From Coprothermobacterota bacterium (GTDB lineage: Bacteria > Caldisericota > JANLFM01), in assembly GCA_026389415.1 (NCBI GenBank), contig JAPLHX010000215.1:1-45088 (forward strand): 45,088 nt of DNA. The letters run 5' to 3'. This document shows positions 17,402-26,249 of this stretch, in pieces. Numbering within the stretch: position 1 is the first letter of the stretch; each line of letters starts with the position of its first letter. Position numbers and translations under genes: made by a program. The notes below the pieces were generated by a model that saw only the letters and a program-made list of their open reading frames with translations, searched no databases and had not been told where the DNA came from.

Positions 17402-18806
17402 ATTCACCCTCGAGCAACTCAATGGGAAAAAAGTACTAGAACTAAAACTGTTGGCCAAGCAATTCAAAATCCCGTATTACACCCGAATGAACCGGGATGA
17501 GTTGATTGAAAAAATCTGGCAAAAAGCAAGCCAGCTAGGATTTGCAGAGGAGTCACCCCTGTTACCGGTGGAAAAGCCAGTAGCAGTAACAGGTATCGAA
17601 ACCTCCGCGGTTTCCCAGGAGCGAACACCTGAAACTCGGGAGAGTGATTCACAAGATAGAAAGACATATACCAAGGACAACAAGGAAGAGGCGACACGAG
17701 GCGACCTGGTGGAAGGTGTGCTAGAAATTCACGAAGAAGGTTATGGGTTTCTGCGTTCCAAATATGTCCCTTCACCCCAGGATATTTATGTATCTCCTTC
17801 TCAAATCAAGCGATTTGGATTGCGAGACGGTGACGTCATCACCGGTTGGGTAAGGCAACCAATGGAGAAAGAGAAATATCTTGCTTTACTTCGAGTCAAG
17901 GAAGTGAATGGATTTGATCCGGAGATTGCACGCAACCGGCCTCAATTTGAACACCTTACACCGATTTTCCCCAATCGGAGGCTGAAATTGGAGACAACAA
18001 CATCCGAATTCTCCACACGGTTGATCGATTTGGTAGCTCCCTTGGGTCGAGGTCAGCGAGGAATGATCGTTTCTCCGCCCAAAGCCGGAAAAACCACCAT
18101 TCTCAAGAAAACAGCCCAAGCGATCACTCGCAACTATCCGGAAGTGATCGTGATGGTTCTCTTAGTCGATGAACGACCGGAGGAAGTCACTGATTTTAAG
18201 CGATCTACCACCGCAGAAGTAGTCTCTTCCACATTTGACCAACTTCCAGAAAACCATATCCGGGTGGCTCGACTGGTGCTAGAAAAAGCGAAACGATTGG
18301 TGGAACAAGGCAAGGATATCGTAATTCTACTGGATGGCATCACTCGCTTGACCCGTGCTTACAATGCCGTGATGCCTTCATCGGGTCGAACGCTTTCCGG
18401 CGGCTTAGATCCTGTAGCGATACACGGTCCCAAGAGTTTTTTTGGCGCAGCACGCAACATCGAGGAAGGGGGAAGCCTGACGATCTTGGCCACGGCTTTG
18501 GTGGAGACAGGCTCCAAAATGGATGAAGTGATTTTCGAGGAGTTCAAGGGTACTGGAAATTTCGAGCTTGTACTCGACCGGAAAATCTTTGAGCGACGTG
18601 TATTCCCTGCGATCGACATTAAACGATCCGGAACTCGCAGAGAGGAATTGCTCTACAGCGAAGAGGAAATCCGTAAAATCTACAACTTACGTCGAGCCTT
18701 GAGCGCACTGGAAGGAAGCGAAGCCTTGGAAAAACTGCTGGATTTGCTCACCAAGACGAAATCCAATACGGAATTTCTCCGCTACATTGGGAGTGAAGAA
18801 CTGTAA
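17394..18806 (+). CDS. rho: Transcription termination factor Rho, with ~55-aa hydrophilic N-terminal insertion
   Basis: [22 protein letters not shown]..., [14 protein letters not shown], Walker A PPKAGKT and [22 protein letters not shown]. The start overlaps the tal stop. Confidence 0.95.
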   Translation: MFKFTLEQLNGKKVLELKLLAKQFKIPYYTRMNRDELIEKIWQKASQLGFAEESPLLPVEKPVAVTGIETSAVSQERTPETRESDSQDRKTYTKDNKEEATRGDLVEGVLEIHEEGYGFLRSKYVPSPQDIYVSPSQIKRFGLRDGDVITGWVRQPMEKEKYLALLRVKEVNGFDPEIARNRPQFEHLTPIFPNRRLKLETTTSEFSTRLIDLVAPLGRGQRGMIVSPPKAGKTTILKKTAQAITRNYPEVIVMVLLVDERPEEVTDFKRSTTAEVVSSTFDQLPENHIRVARLVLEKAKRLVEQGKDIVILLDGITRLTRAYNAVMPSSGRTLSGGLDPVAIHGPKSFFGAARNIEEGGSLTILATALVETGSKMDEVIFEEFKGTGNFELVLDRKIFERRVFPAIDIKRSGTRREELLYSEEEIRKIYNLRRALSALEGSEALEKLLDLLTKTKSNTEFLRYIGSEEL

Positions 18807-19937
18807 ATGAAGTTACAGCTTCTAGCGTCTACGCCGGAACCAGAGAGGGTTTGTGCGGCTGCTGCACGTCTTTGTTACCGTGATGCGACTGTGGTCGAGT
18901 TGTTCAAAGACTTGCAACGAACAGAAATCGAAACCTTACTGGCAAAAGTGATTGAGAACGGGCATTTTTCCGTTCTAGAGCACGCATCATTTACTTTTGG
19001 CGTAGAAGATATCTCAAGGGTAAGCACTCATCAATTGGTGCGCCATCGGATCGCTTCATTTTCCCAACAAAGCCAAAGATATAGCCGGATAAAGCAACCT
19101 GGTTTCGTCACCCCTCCCGCAATTCGTTCCAATCCAGAAACCTTACAAGCTTTCCAAGATGCACTTTGCTTTGCAGAAAAGCGTTATCAGCAACTGCTTG
19201 CTGCCGGGATAACCGCTGAAGATGCAAGGTACATCTTACCGCAAGCTACGACGAGTCGGATCATTTTTTCAATGAATGCGCGGGAACTATGGCATTTCTT
19301 TGAAATGCGTTGTTGCCAACGGGCACAATGGGAAATCCGAATCTTGGCTTTTCTTGTCCTGGAAGCCGCCAAACAAAAGGCACCCTCACTTTTTGCTAAG
19401 GCAGGCCCCGCTTGTTGGCATGGGTTTTGCTCGGAAAGAGATTACCCCTGCTTTCGAAAGGGATCTTTGTTCTTCAAGGAGTCTTACAAACGTGCGATCA
19501 AGCAATTGAAAGACTGCGGTGGGGAAGTTGAAGAAATCACTCTACCCCAATTCTGTGCAGAAATAAACAAAATAGGCAGTCTACTTGGCGTATCTAAAAG
19601 CCAATGCCTTCAGCCAACATGGGTGACATGGCGAGATAGACCAGGTATTTTACTGTCAGCAGATATCCAACAATGGATTAGCCAATTAACACTGCAAAAT
19701 GACGATGCGCCTATTCCTGTACCAGAAAAGGAAGTGAGAGTTCAAACCGGATTCTCTAAAGTTGCTTTCCCTTTGGTTCTCGAATCTAAACCGATGCGTT
19801 ATTGGGTAGATCCGGGCATTTGGAAAGAATCCGTGTTCTATCTTCCGATTGGAACCCCATGGATCGTCACCAAAGTAGAGGCAGGGAATCTGCGTCACAT
19901 CTTAGGGCAAGTCAACGATGATGGGAGAACGCAGTGA
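18807..19937 (+). CDS. thyX: FAD-dependent thymidylate synthase ThyX fused to a ~153-aa C-terminal domain of unknown function
   Basis: ThyX motif [15 protein letters not shown] (RHRxxSxxxxSxR) and a Cys-rich end to the ThyX core ([17 protein letters not shown]). The ORF then continues for 153 aa with no motif I recognise. Confidence 0.85.
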   Translation: MKLQLLASTPEPERVCAAAARLCYRDATVVELFKDLQRTEIETLLAKVIENGHFSVLEHASFTFGVEDISRVSTHQLVRHRIASFSQQSQRYSRIKQPGFVTPPAIRSNPETLQAFQDALCFAEKRYQQLLAAGITAEDARYILPQATTSRIIFSMNARELWHFFEMRCCQRAQWEIRILAFLVLEAAKQKAPSLFAKAGPACWHGFCSERDYPCFRKGSLFFKESYKRAIKQLKDCGGEVEEITLPQFCAEINKIGSLLGVSKSQCLQPTWVTWRDRPGILLSADIQQWISQLTLQNDDAPIPVPEKEVRVQTGFSKVAFPLVLESKPMRYWVDPGIWKESVFYLPIGTPWIVTKVEAGNLRHILGQVNDDGRTQ

Positions 19938-19938
19938 A

Positions 19939-20532
19939 ATGGACGCGATGAAACCCGGGTGGATCGAAGTGATTTGCGGCAGCATGTTCTCAGGAAAAAG
20001 CGAAGAGCTATTGCGCAGAGTACGCCGTGCGCGGATTGCCAAGCAGAGTATTCAGGTGTTTAAGCCTGCTTTTGATGACCGCTACAGGCATTCCAGCGTA
20101 GTTTCACATGACGGGGGTGCCACCCAAGCGATAAATCTAGCCAAACCACAGGAAATCTTCGATCGATTGGAATCGGGTACGCAAGTCGTAGCCGTCGATG
20201 AAGCACAATTCTTCTCGCAGGAATTCGTTGCAGTATGTCAAGAACTGGCAGACCGAGGGATCCGTGTTATCGTGGCAGGGTTGGACACTGACTTCCGCGG
20301 ACTCCCTTTCGGTAGTATGCCCGCGTTGATGGCCGTGGCCGAAGAGGTAGATAAGTTACAAGCCATTTGCGTGGTTTGTGGGGCCCCTGCGGCACGCACT
20401 CAAAGGGTGATCAACGGACGCCCAGCTCGTTTTGAAGATCCTGTGATTATGATTGGGGCATCCGAAAAATATGAAGCTCGTTGTCGGCATTGCCACCAAG
20501 TCCCGCATGAAGCATCGGTTGACAACTCATGA
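19939..20532 (+). CDS. tdk: Thymidine kinase
   Basis: [21 protein letters not shown] (P-loop), VAVDEAQFF, and a C-terminal zinc motif CVVCG...CRHCH. The start could be any of the in-frame ATGs at 19918, 19921, 19939 or 19948; 19939 is the first that clears the thyX stop. Confidence 0.92.
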   Translation: MDAMKPGWIEVICGSMFSGKSEELLRRVRRARIAKQSIQVFKPAFDDRYRHSSVVSHDGGATQAINLAKPQEIFDRLESGTQVVAVDEAQFFSQEFVAVCQELADRGIRVIVAGLDTDFRGLPFGSMPALMAVAEEVDKLQAICVVCGAPAARTQRVINGRPARFEDPVIMIGASEKYEARCRHCHQVPHEASVDNS

Positions 20533-21407
20533 GAATAAAACCAAAGGAAATCCTAGTCGGAGGACAAGCTGTCTGGGAAGGTGTTATGATGCGAAGCCCG
20601 CAGGGGATTGCCTTGGCCGTGCGGCAATCCACGGGGGATATCCAAGTGCAAAAAATATCGTATTCTCCTTTAAGTAAAAGATATCCTCTGTTTCGTTGGC
20701 CCTTTTTCCGGGGGATGGGCGCTCTCTGGGAAGCCCTTATTTTGGGCGTTCGCGCGCTGAACATTTCCCTGTCCCTGGCAAATAAGGAGGAAGATAGGCT
20801 TACACCTGCACAGATGGCCTTATCTTTTGCTTTGGCGATCGGTATGGTCGTTGGAGTTTTTTTTCTTCTTCCCCTTTTCATATCCCGCTTGTTGATACCC
20901 GTTCTGACTTCTCAATGGGTATTGATAGTGGAAGGTTGTTTGCGCTTTCTATTCTTTTTCCTTTACTTGGCCTTGATCCGTTTGATTCCAGAAGTACGGC
21001 GGATTTTACTGCAATACCATGGTGCAGAGCATAAAGCCGTTCATGCTTTCGAACACGGCGAACCGCTCACGGTTGAGGCTGCAAGCAAGTACACTACGTT
21101 ACATCCACGATGTAGCACTAGTTTCCTACTAGTCGTTCTGATTGTTAGTTTTGTCCTCTTTGCTTTTCTAGATTTTTCCCAATGGTATTGGCGTTTGTTA
21201 TCGCGCATCCTCTTATTACCCTTCATTGCTGGGTTTTCCTTTGAATTAATTCGTTTAGTTGTTTTCTACCCACGACATTGGATCTCAAAAGCGATAGTCC
21301 TGCCGGGATTATTGACGCAAAAACTCACGACTGCAGAACCGACACCCGAGCAAATTGAGGTTGCTCTCAGAGCACTGCAATCCTCCTTGGAGCCTTGCGA
21401 TGTTTGA
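20529..21407 (+). CDS. DUF1385 family membrane protein
   Basis: [23 protein letters not shown] and HPRCSTSF motifs with several TM helices. Classically found next to prfA/prmC. ATGA overlap with tdk. Confidence 0.8.
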   Translation: MRIKPKEILVGGQAVWEGVMMRSPQGIALAVRQSTGDIQVQKISYSPLSKRYPLFRWPFFRGMGALWEALILGVRALNISLSLANKEEDRLTPAQMALSFALAIGMVVGVFFLLPLFISRLLIPVLTSQWVLIVEGCLRFLFFFLYLALIRLIPEVRRILLQYHGAEHKAVHAFEHGEPLTVEAASKYTTLHPRCSTSFLLVVLIVSFVLFAFLDFSQWYWRLLSRILLLPFIAGFSFELIRLVVFYPRHWISKAIVLPGLLTQKLTTAEPTPEQIEVALRALQSSLEPCDV

Positions 21408-22482
21408 GCGAAAGCAGATGTTAATCTATCGAAAAGAGCAATTGGAGAAGCTTCTGTTGGATCCTTCGGTACAATCAGATTCTACCGCTTTGCAAAAGTA
21501 TGCTATCGCCTATCATGATGTGTCACTACTGTTGCAAAAAATGGAGCAGCTAGCAGTCTTGCAGAAACAGATCCAATCAACAGATTCATTGAAAAGTGAC
21601 CAGGACCCTGAATTGCGCGAAATGGTCGAGATCGAGGCGAACTGCCTTCGCGAGCAGGAAACGTCTCTACACGCCGAAATCATAAATATGATTTTACCAA
21701 AGGATCCTGCGGACCAGCGAAATATCATTATGGAAATTCGAGCGGCAGCAGGAGGCGAGGAAGCTGCTTTGTTTGCAGCGGAATTATTCCGTATGTATGC
21801 CGCATATTCTGAGAAAAAAGGATGGAAAATCGAAGTCCTCTCCTCCAACCCCACAGATTTAGGTGGATATAAAGAGCTCATTTTTGCCGTTAAGGGGAAA
21901 AACGCCTATTCTCGGCTGAAGTTTGAAGGAGGAGCCCATCGAGTGCAACGAGTACCCGTAACGGAATCTTCCGGGCGTCTTCACACCTCAACGGCTACCG
22001 TAGCGGTATTGCCGGAAGCCGAGGAAGTCGATATCGAAATTCAGTCGGAAGAACTCCGCATTGACGTGTATCGCGCGTCGGGTCATGGCGGACAAGGCGT
22101 ACAAAAAACGGATTCCGCGGTCCGCATCACCCATCTACCATCAGGTCTGGTAGTCACTTGCCAAGATGAACGGTCACAACTGCAAAACAAGGAGCGGGCA
22201 ATGACGATCCTGCGCGCACGATTATTAGATAGGGCACGCCAGGCGCAATCCAATACAATCGTTTCCAATCGCCGGCTTCAAGTGAAGGGTGGGGAACGTT
22301 CCGAGAAAATCCGGACATACAATTTTCCACAGAACAGGATTACAGACCATCGGATTGGATTGGATCTCCATAGTCTTCCGCAGGTCATGGATGGCGATTT
22401 GGAGGAATTGTTTCAAGCTCTGCAATCTCAAGATATCAAAGAACGATTGGAGGAAGAGTCATCGAAATTGTCTATCTCGTAA
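21400..22482 (+). CDS. prfA: Peptide chain release factor 1
   Basis: 360 aa from ATG 21400. PVT tripeptide (RVQRVPVTESSGRLHTS) indicates RF1 rather than RF2. GGQ motif SGHGGQGVQKTDSAVRITHLPSG. Confidence 0.95.
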   Translation: MFERKQMLIYRKEQLEKLLLDPSVQSDSTALQKYAIAYHDVSLLLQKMEQLAVLQKQIQSTDSLKSDQDPELREMVEIEANCLREQETSLHAEIINMILPKDPADQRNIIMEIRAAAGGEEAALFAAELFRMYAAYSEKKGWKIEVLSSNPTDLGGYKELIFAVKGKNAYSRLKFEGGAHRVQRVPVTESSGRLHTSTATVAVLPEAEEVDIEIQSEELRIDVYRASGHGGQGVQKTDSAVRITHLPSGLVVTCQDERSQLQNKERAMTILRARLLDRARQAQSNTIVSNRRLQVKGGERSEKIRTYNFPQNRITDHRIGLDLHSLPQVMDGDLEELFQALQSQDIKERLEEESSKLSIS

Positions 22483-23159
22483 TCGGTTATTTAGCCGGTG
22501 CCATTCCGTTCGGCTATTTGTTCGGAAAACTGCGCGGCATAGATTTACGCAAAAGTGGAAGTGGAAATATCGGTGCCACAAACACAATGCGAGTTTTGGG
22601 TTTTTTTCCGGCTTTTTTCGTGTTCATCCTCGACACCGCAAAAGGGTTTCTATTGGTCTATTTGATACACCCACCTCAAGCCGATTTCTTGCTACCACTA
22701 TTTCCGTATGCAAATGCACCTTTGATTTCGGGAAATGATGTCCACGCCTTGATTGGTTTAGCGACGGTTCTCGGTCATGATTACTCAGTATTCTTACGCT
22801 TTCGAGGAGGAAAAGGCGTGGCCACTACGTTCGGGGTTGTCTTGGCTATTAATTGGCAGGTTGCACTATTGATTATGGGCGTATGGTTGTTGGTGGTAAT
22901 ACTCACTCGGTTCGCCTCACTGGCTTCCTTAACCGCTGCAGCTGTGATCCCCGTGCTTCTTTATTTCTGGTCTCCTCCCTATTTCCTGATGGGATTGATC
23001 CTGTTTGGATTGACCTTGGTGCGACACAGAACAAATATCGAGCGTCTGCTACAGGGACAGGAGCTTCCATTTTTGGTGAAACCCAAATTCCAGACGGAAG
23101 ACGATCGTCCAATGGAATCCCATGATCAAGACAATTCCGGAAGTAGCGGAAATCCTTAA
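22461..23159 (+). CDS. plsY: Glycerol-3-phosphate acyltransferase PlsY (start codon uncertain)
   Basis: GIDLRKSGSGNIGATNTMRVLG and HDYSVFLRFRGGKGVAT. The canonical-start ORF begins at TTG 22518. However, the same frame is open upstream and encodes the conserved first TM helix (VYLVIGYLAGAIPFGYLFGK). The only candidate starts there are ATC 22461 (7 nt after GGAGGA) or ATT 22467. Confidence 0.85.
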   Translation: MEIVYLVIGYLAGAIPFGYLFGKLRGIDLRKSGSGNIGATNTMRVLGFFPAFFVFILDTAKGFLLVYLIHPPQADFLLPLFPYANAPLISGNDVHALIGLATVLGHDYSVFLRFRGGKGVATTFGVVLAINWQVALLIMGVWLLVVILTRFASLASLTAAAVIPVLLYFWSPPYFLMGLILFGLTLVRHRTNIERLLQGQELPFLVKPKFQTEDDRPMESHDQDNSGSSGNP

Positions 23160-23988
23160 GCGGGGGGGCGTCTGTGCGTTCCCCACAGAAACCGTTTATG
23201 GATTAGGGGCTCATCCGTTTCACCCAGAAGCAATCCAGCGTATTTTTGCTATCAAGGGAAGGGCTGGGGACCAACCACTGTCTTTACACATCAGCCAGCT
23301 CGGAGAGCTTTTTAAGTTTGGGCAAGACATTCCTAGCATGGCTAACCGTTTCATCAATCGTTTTTGGCCTGGTCCATTGGCGCTGATTGTGCCATCCTCC
23401 CCCTTGGTTCCTTCGCAAGCGAGAAGCAATCGCCAGACTGCCTCCTTTCGATATCCAAATCACTTTCAATTTAGGGAACTTGGTAGACTGGTGGGTGCAC
23501 CCCTGATCGCTACTTCCGCCAATCGGAGCGGGAGCTTGAGCGCTGTATGTTCCCTTGATGCCGAGGCAGAACTAGGTGAGTGGATTGATGGTACCGTGGA
23601 TGGTGGTCCATGCGATTACGCACTTGACTCAACCCTTGTCGATCTCACTACAGATCCACCCACAGTGTTGCGCGAAGGAGCGATTGGCCTGGAGCTTCTA
23701 CAAGAACAGACCGGTTTTCATTTGAAGTTGGTGGGTCGTAAGCTGGTGAGGCTGGAAGTGCTCTTCCTCCCAGAAGGGAAAAGCTTTCCAGAAAACCAAT
23801 CGGGCGATATCGTTGTGCTAAAATCCGTTCCAAAAAAGGAATCCATGTTTTTTTCTCTTTTAGCGGATTTGCAAAAGCAAAACGTTTCCAAGGTTTACAT
23901 ACCTGCAGAGTTCTCCCTTCAAAACAAAGTAGTGCAAAGATTGTGGTTCCGCGGTCAAAAAAAAAGGGGTGATGGAAATTGCAAGTAG
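23122..23988 (+). CDS. tsaC: L-threonylcarbamoyladenylate synthase (Sua5/YwlC/TsaC family)
   Basis: ILKRGGVCAFPTETVYGLGAHPF, WPGPLALIV and ATSANRSG. It has a shortened Sua5-like C-terminal part. Confidence 0.9.
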   Translation: MIKTIPEVAEILKRGGVCAFPTETVYGLGAHPFHPEAIQRIFAIKGRAGDQPLSLHISQLGELFKFGQDIPSMANRFINRFWPGPLALIVPSSPLVPSQARSNRQTASFRYPNHFQFRELGRLVGAPLIATSANRSGSLSAVCSLDAEAELGEWIDGTVDGGPCDYALDSTLVDLTTDPPTVLREGAIGLELLQEQTGFHLKLVGRKLVRLEVLFLPEGKSFPENQSGDIVVLKSVPKKESMFFSLLADLQKQNVSKVYIPAEFSLQNKVVQRLWFRGQKKRGDGNCK

Positions 23989-24320
23989 CACCGGAACAAG
24001 AACGGGTTCTAAAAAGCTTAAACGCTTTCAAGGCTATCGCAAAACAAGCCCTGCTGGCAGCAGTTACCACCAAGGATCCAGAATACTGGCAAAGACATGC
24101 TGAATCCAGAAGGCTAATTTATAAAAACCTGATCACATGGGTGGAAATGGATGGGGTAGAAACAGCTTGTTCTAGGGCTTTGCAGGAATACCGACAGGTT
24201 TTGCAAGGAAAAGAGTCATCACCTGAACAGGCTGGCCGATTGGAAGCATTGGAGGGTTTTCTCTCCCTCTGTGGTTTTGACGAACGGACCATTAAACAGA
24301 GTCAGCGAAGCATGTACTAG
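23979..24320 (+). CDS. Hypothetical helical protein (113 aa)
   Basis: TTG start about 7 nt after SD-like AAGGGGTGA. No motif recognised. Coding status rests only on ORF length, position and the SD. Confidence 0.45.
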   Translation: MQVAPEQERVLKSLNAFKAIAKQALLAAVTTKDPEYWQRHAESRRLIYKNLITWVEMDGVETACSRALQEYRQVLQGKESSPEQAGRLEALEGFLSLCGFDERTIKQSQRSMY

Positions 24321-24329
24321 GAAGGATTT

Positions 24330-25001
24330 ATGAGGAGAATTGCCGAAATTTCCCAAAACAATACTGAGTCGAATGAAATGAAGAAGTCATTGACCAACCC
24401 AACAAATAACTGGCTTACATGGCCCAACGTGCTGACTTTTTTCCGCCTATTAGCAAGTATTCCTCTCTGTTACTTCATCGTTCGCAACGATTCTATTGGA
24501 GCGGTTCTTTTCATTTCTCTTGCGGCCTTTTCTGATTACCTGGATGGGTACCTTGCTAGGAAACTGAATCAGGAAAGTAGGCTGGGAAAAATCATGGACC
24601 CTTTTGTGGATAAAATCCTAGGGGGTTCGGCAATCGTGACATTGTGCATCATGGGGAAAATCCCGTGGAGCTTGCTTTGGCTTTTCTTAACTCGAGATGT
24701 ATTCTTAGTCATCGCCACCTTGATCCTCTTGTGGCAAAAAAAGCAATTGGTGGCTGAAACAAAAGTAGGAAAGTTCTCCACAGGCTTTTTCATGCTTGGA
24801 TTGGTCCTTGTTGTTGCCAATATTCCTTATGCTATTTATTTATTCTACGCCTTTCTCGTATTGTACTTATTCAGCGGCCTTCTGTATTCGATTCGCATAT
24901 TTCAATCCCCGCAAGCCAAGGAATTGAAAGCGAAGGCAAAGGCATATATCTCTGAAAGCCGTTCGAAGACGGGCGAATCGGAGAAAGAGCAAAAAAAATG
25001 A
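24330..25001 (+). CDS. pgsA: CDP-alcohol phosphatidyltransferase (likely phosphatidylglycerophosphate synthase)
   Basis: DYLDGYLARKLNQESRLGKIMDPFVDK matches D(x)2DG(x)2AR(x)8G(x)3D(x)3D. Multiple TM helices. An alternative start is the internal MKKSL. Confidence 0.85.
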   Translation: MRRIAEISQNNTESNEMKKSLTNPTNNWLTWPNVLTFFRLLASIPLCYFIVRNDSIGAVLFISLAAFSDYLDGYLARKLNQESRLGKIMDPFVDKILGGSAIVTLCIMGKIPWSLLWLFLTRDVFLVIATLILLWQKKQLVAETKVGKFSTGFFMLGLVLVVANIPYAIYLFYAFLVLYLFSGLLYSIRIFQSPQAKELKAKAKAYISESRSKTGESEKEQKK

Positions 25002-25714
25002 TCTCCATCAGCCAAGGCAAACTTGCCGTAATTTTGCGGCATAGGAGAATATGTCTCCGCATCCCAGTGCGAACTCACGAGATCAAACCTCCAGATCAAC
25101 TAGAGGAAGTGTTTGGTCGATACACCCACGGTTTGCTGCAGAAGGGCGATATTGTTGTCCTCTCGGAAAAAATGGTCGCTGCTGCGCAAGGGCGTCTTGT
25201 TGCCACAGAGACAATTCAACCCTCTTGGTTGGCAGTATTTTTAGCCAAAAAAGTAAGAAAAACTTCACCTGGAATCGGTTTGGGCAGTCCAGAATCGATG
25301 CAGGTAGCGATTTGGGAATGCGGCAAGTTACGAATCCTTTTTGCTGCGGTTTTCGGCATGATCGGAAAATGGATTGGTATGAAAGGTCTGTTTTATCGGA
25401 TTGCCGGCCGCCAAGCAGCTTGGATCGATGGGGATGCGCCTTACGGCATGCTACGCGGAAATATCACACTAGGACCTGCACAACCGAATCAGGTCTGTCA
25501 ACAGCTTGCTAGGCAATTTGGTTGTCAAGTTGCGATTATGGATGTGAACGACATTGGTGGGTGTGAAATCTGCGGAGCATCGCCTGCGTGCGATCGAAAG
25601 CTATTGATCGACTTGATGAAAGACAATCCACTGGGTCAAGATGTTGAGCAGACACCGATCGGAATCCTTCGGTTCCTGTCAGAGCATGCACCATGTTTTT
25701 TTGGTTGCGGTTGA
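24998..25714 (+). CDS. CofE-like (F420-0:gamma-glutamyl ligase family) domain protein
   Basis: GDIVVLSEKMVAAAQGRLV, VAIMDVNDIGG and DNPLGQDVEQTPIGILR resemble the F420_ligase fold family. ATGA overlap with pgsA. Family call by memory only. Confidence 0.5.
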   Translation: MISISQGKLAVILRHRRICLRIPVRTHEIKPPDQLEEVFGRYTHGLLQKGDIVVLSEKMVAAAQGRLVATETIQPSWLAVFLAKKVRKTSPGIGLGSPESMQVAIWECGKLRILFAAVFGMIGKWIGMKGLFYRIAGRQAAWIDGDAPYGMLRGNITLGPAQPNQVCQQLARQFGCQVAIMDVNDIGGCEICGASPACDRKLLIDLMKDNPLGQDVEQTPIGILRFLSEHAPCFFGCG

Positions 25715-25749
25715 CGCGGCGCCTAGTGAACTTTATACTTACTTTGGTG

Positions 25750-25774
25750 AAGAGTGGGTTTTTCCCACTCTTTT
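25750..25774 (+). terminator. Intrinsic-terminator-like hairpin upstream of rimP-nusA-infB
   Basis: AAGAGTGGG (25750-25758), TTTTT loop, CCCACTCTT (25764-25772): a perfect 9-bp stem whose 3' side runs into TTTT (25771-25774). It ends 13 nt before the rimP ATG. Confidence 0.5.
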
Positions 25775-25786
25775 CCATTGGTATTT

Positions 25787-26233
25787 ATGGAAAAAATGCG
25801 ATTGGAACAAATTGAAAACGAAATCAAGCCGATTCTGGCAAAAGCCGGGTATCGTTTGTTGGATGTCGAGGTGCTTGCTGGAAGAGAACCAACCGTTCGT
25901 ATCGTAATATTTGCGCACAATGGTGTAGGTTTGGATGACTGCGCAAGAGCCTCACGCATGTTAGACCATACGATTGACCGTTTTTTTTACGGCCGATTCC
26001 ACCTGGAAGTATCCTCTCCTGGACTGGAGCGTCAATTTAAGCGCGAGGAAGAGTACGATCTTTTTCGGGGACAGCCGATTCGCTTGCTGCTACGAGAGCC
26101 TCTTGACGGAGAAGACACAATTGAAGGAATTCTTGATGGACTTCAGGAACAAGAAGTTCGACTGATAAAAAACGAAGGCTTCTTGCTGATTCCGATCGAA
26201 ACAATTCAAAAAGCACGGTTGGTTTTCCGATAA
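25787..26233 (+). CDS. rimP: Ribosome maturation factor RimP
   Basis: MEKMRLEQIENEIKPILAKAGYRLLDVEV...LEVSSPGLERQFK. Positioned before nusA. Confidence 0.9.
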   Translation: MEKMRLEQIENEIKPILAKAGYRLLDVEVLAGREPTVRIVIFAHNGVGLDDCARASRMLDHTIDRFFYGRFHLEVSSPGLERQFKREEEYDLFRGQPIRLLLREPLDGEDTIEGILDGLQEQEVRLIKNEGFLLIPIETIQKARLVFR

Positions 26234-26249
26234 AGGAGGGAGGCACAAG

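Noticed and set aside
21400-22482. Possible programmed +1 frameshift in a release-factor gene
   Set aside because: The gene encodes RF1 (PVT motif) and is a single uninterrupted ORF. The autoregulatory frameshift is a feature of prfB (RF2), which is not present here.
23958-23972. A9 tract as a programmed slippage site fusing tsaC to the downstream 113-aa ORF
   Set aside because: In the downstream ORF's frame there is a TGA at 23970-23972 between the tract and the TTG start. A simple shift at the A-run therefore would not produce a fusion protein.
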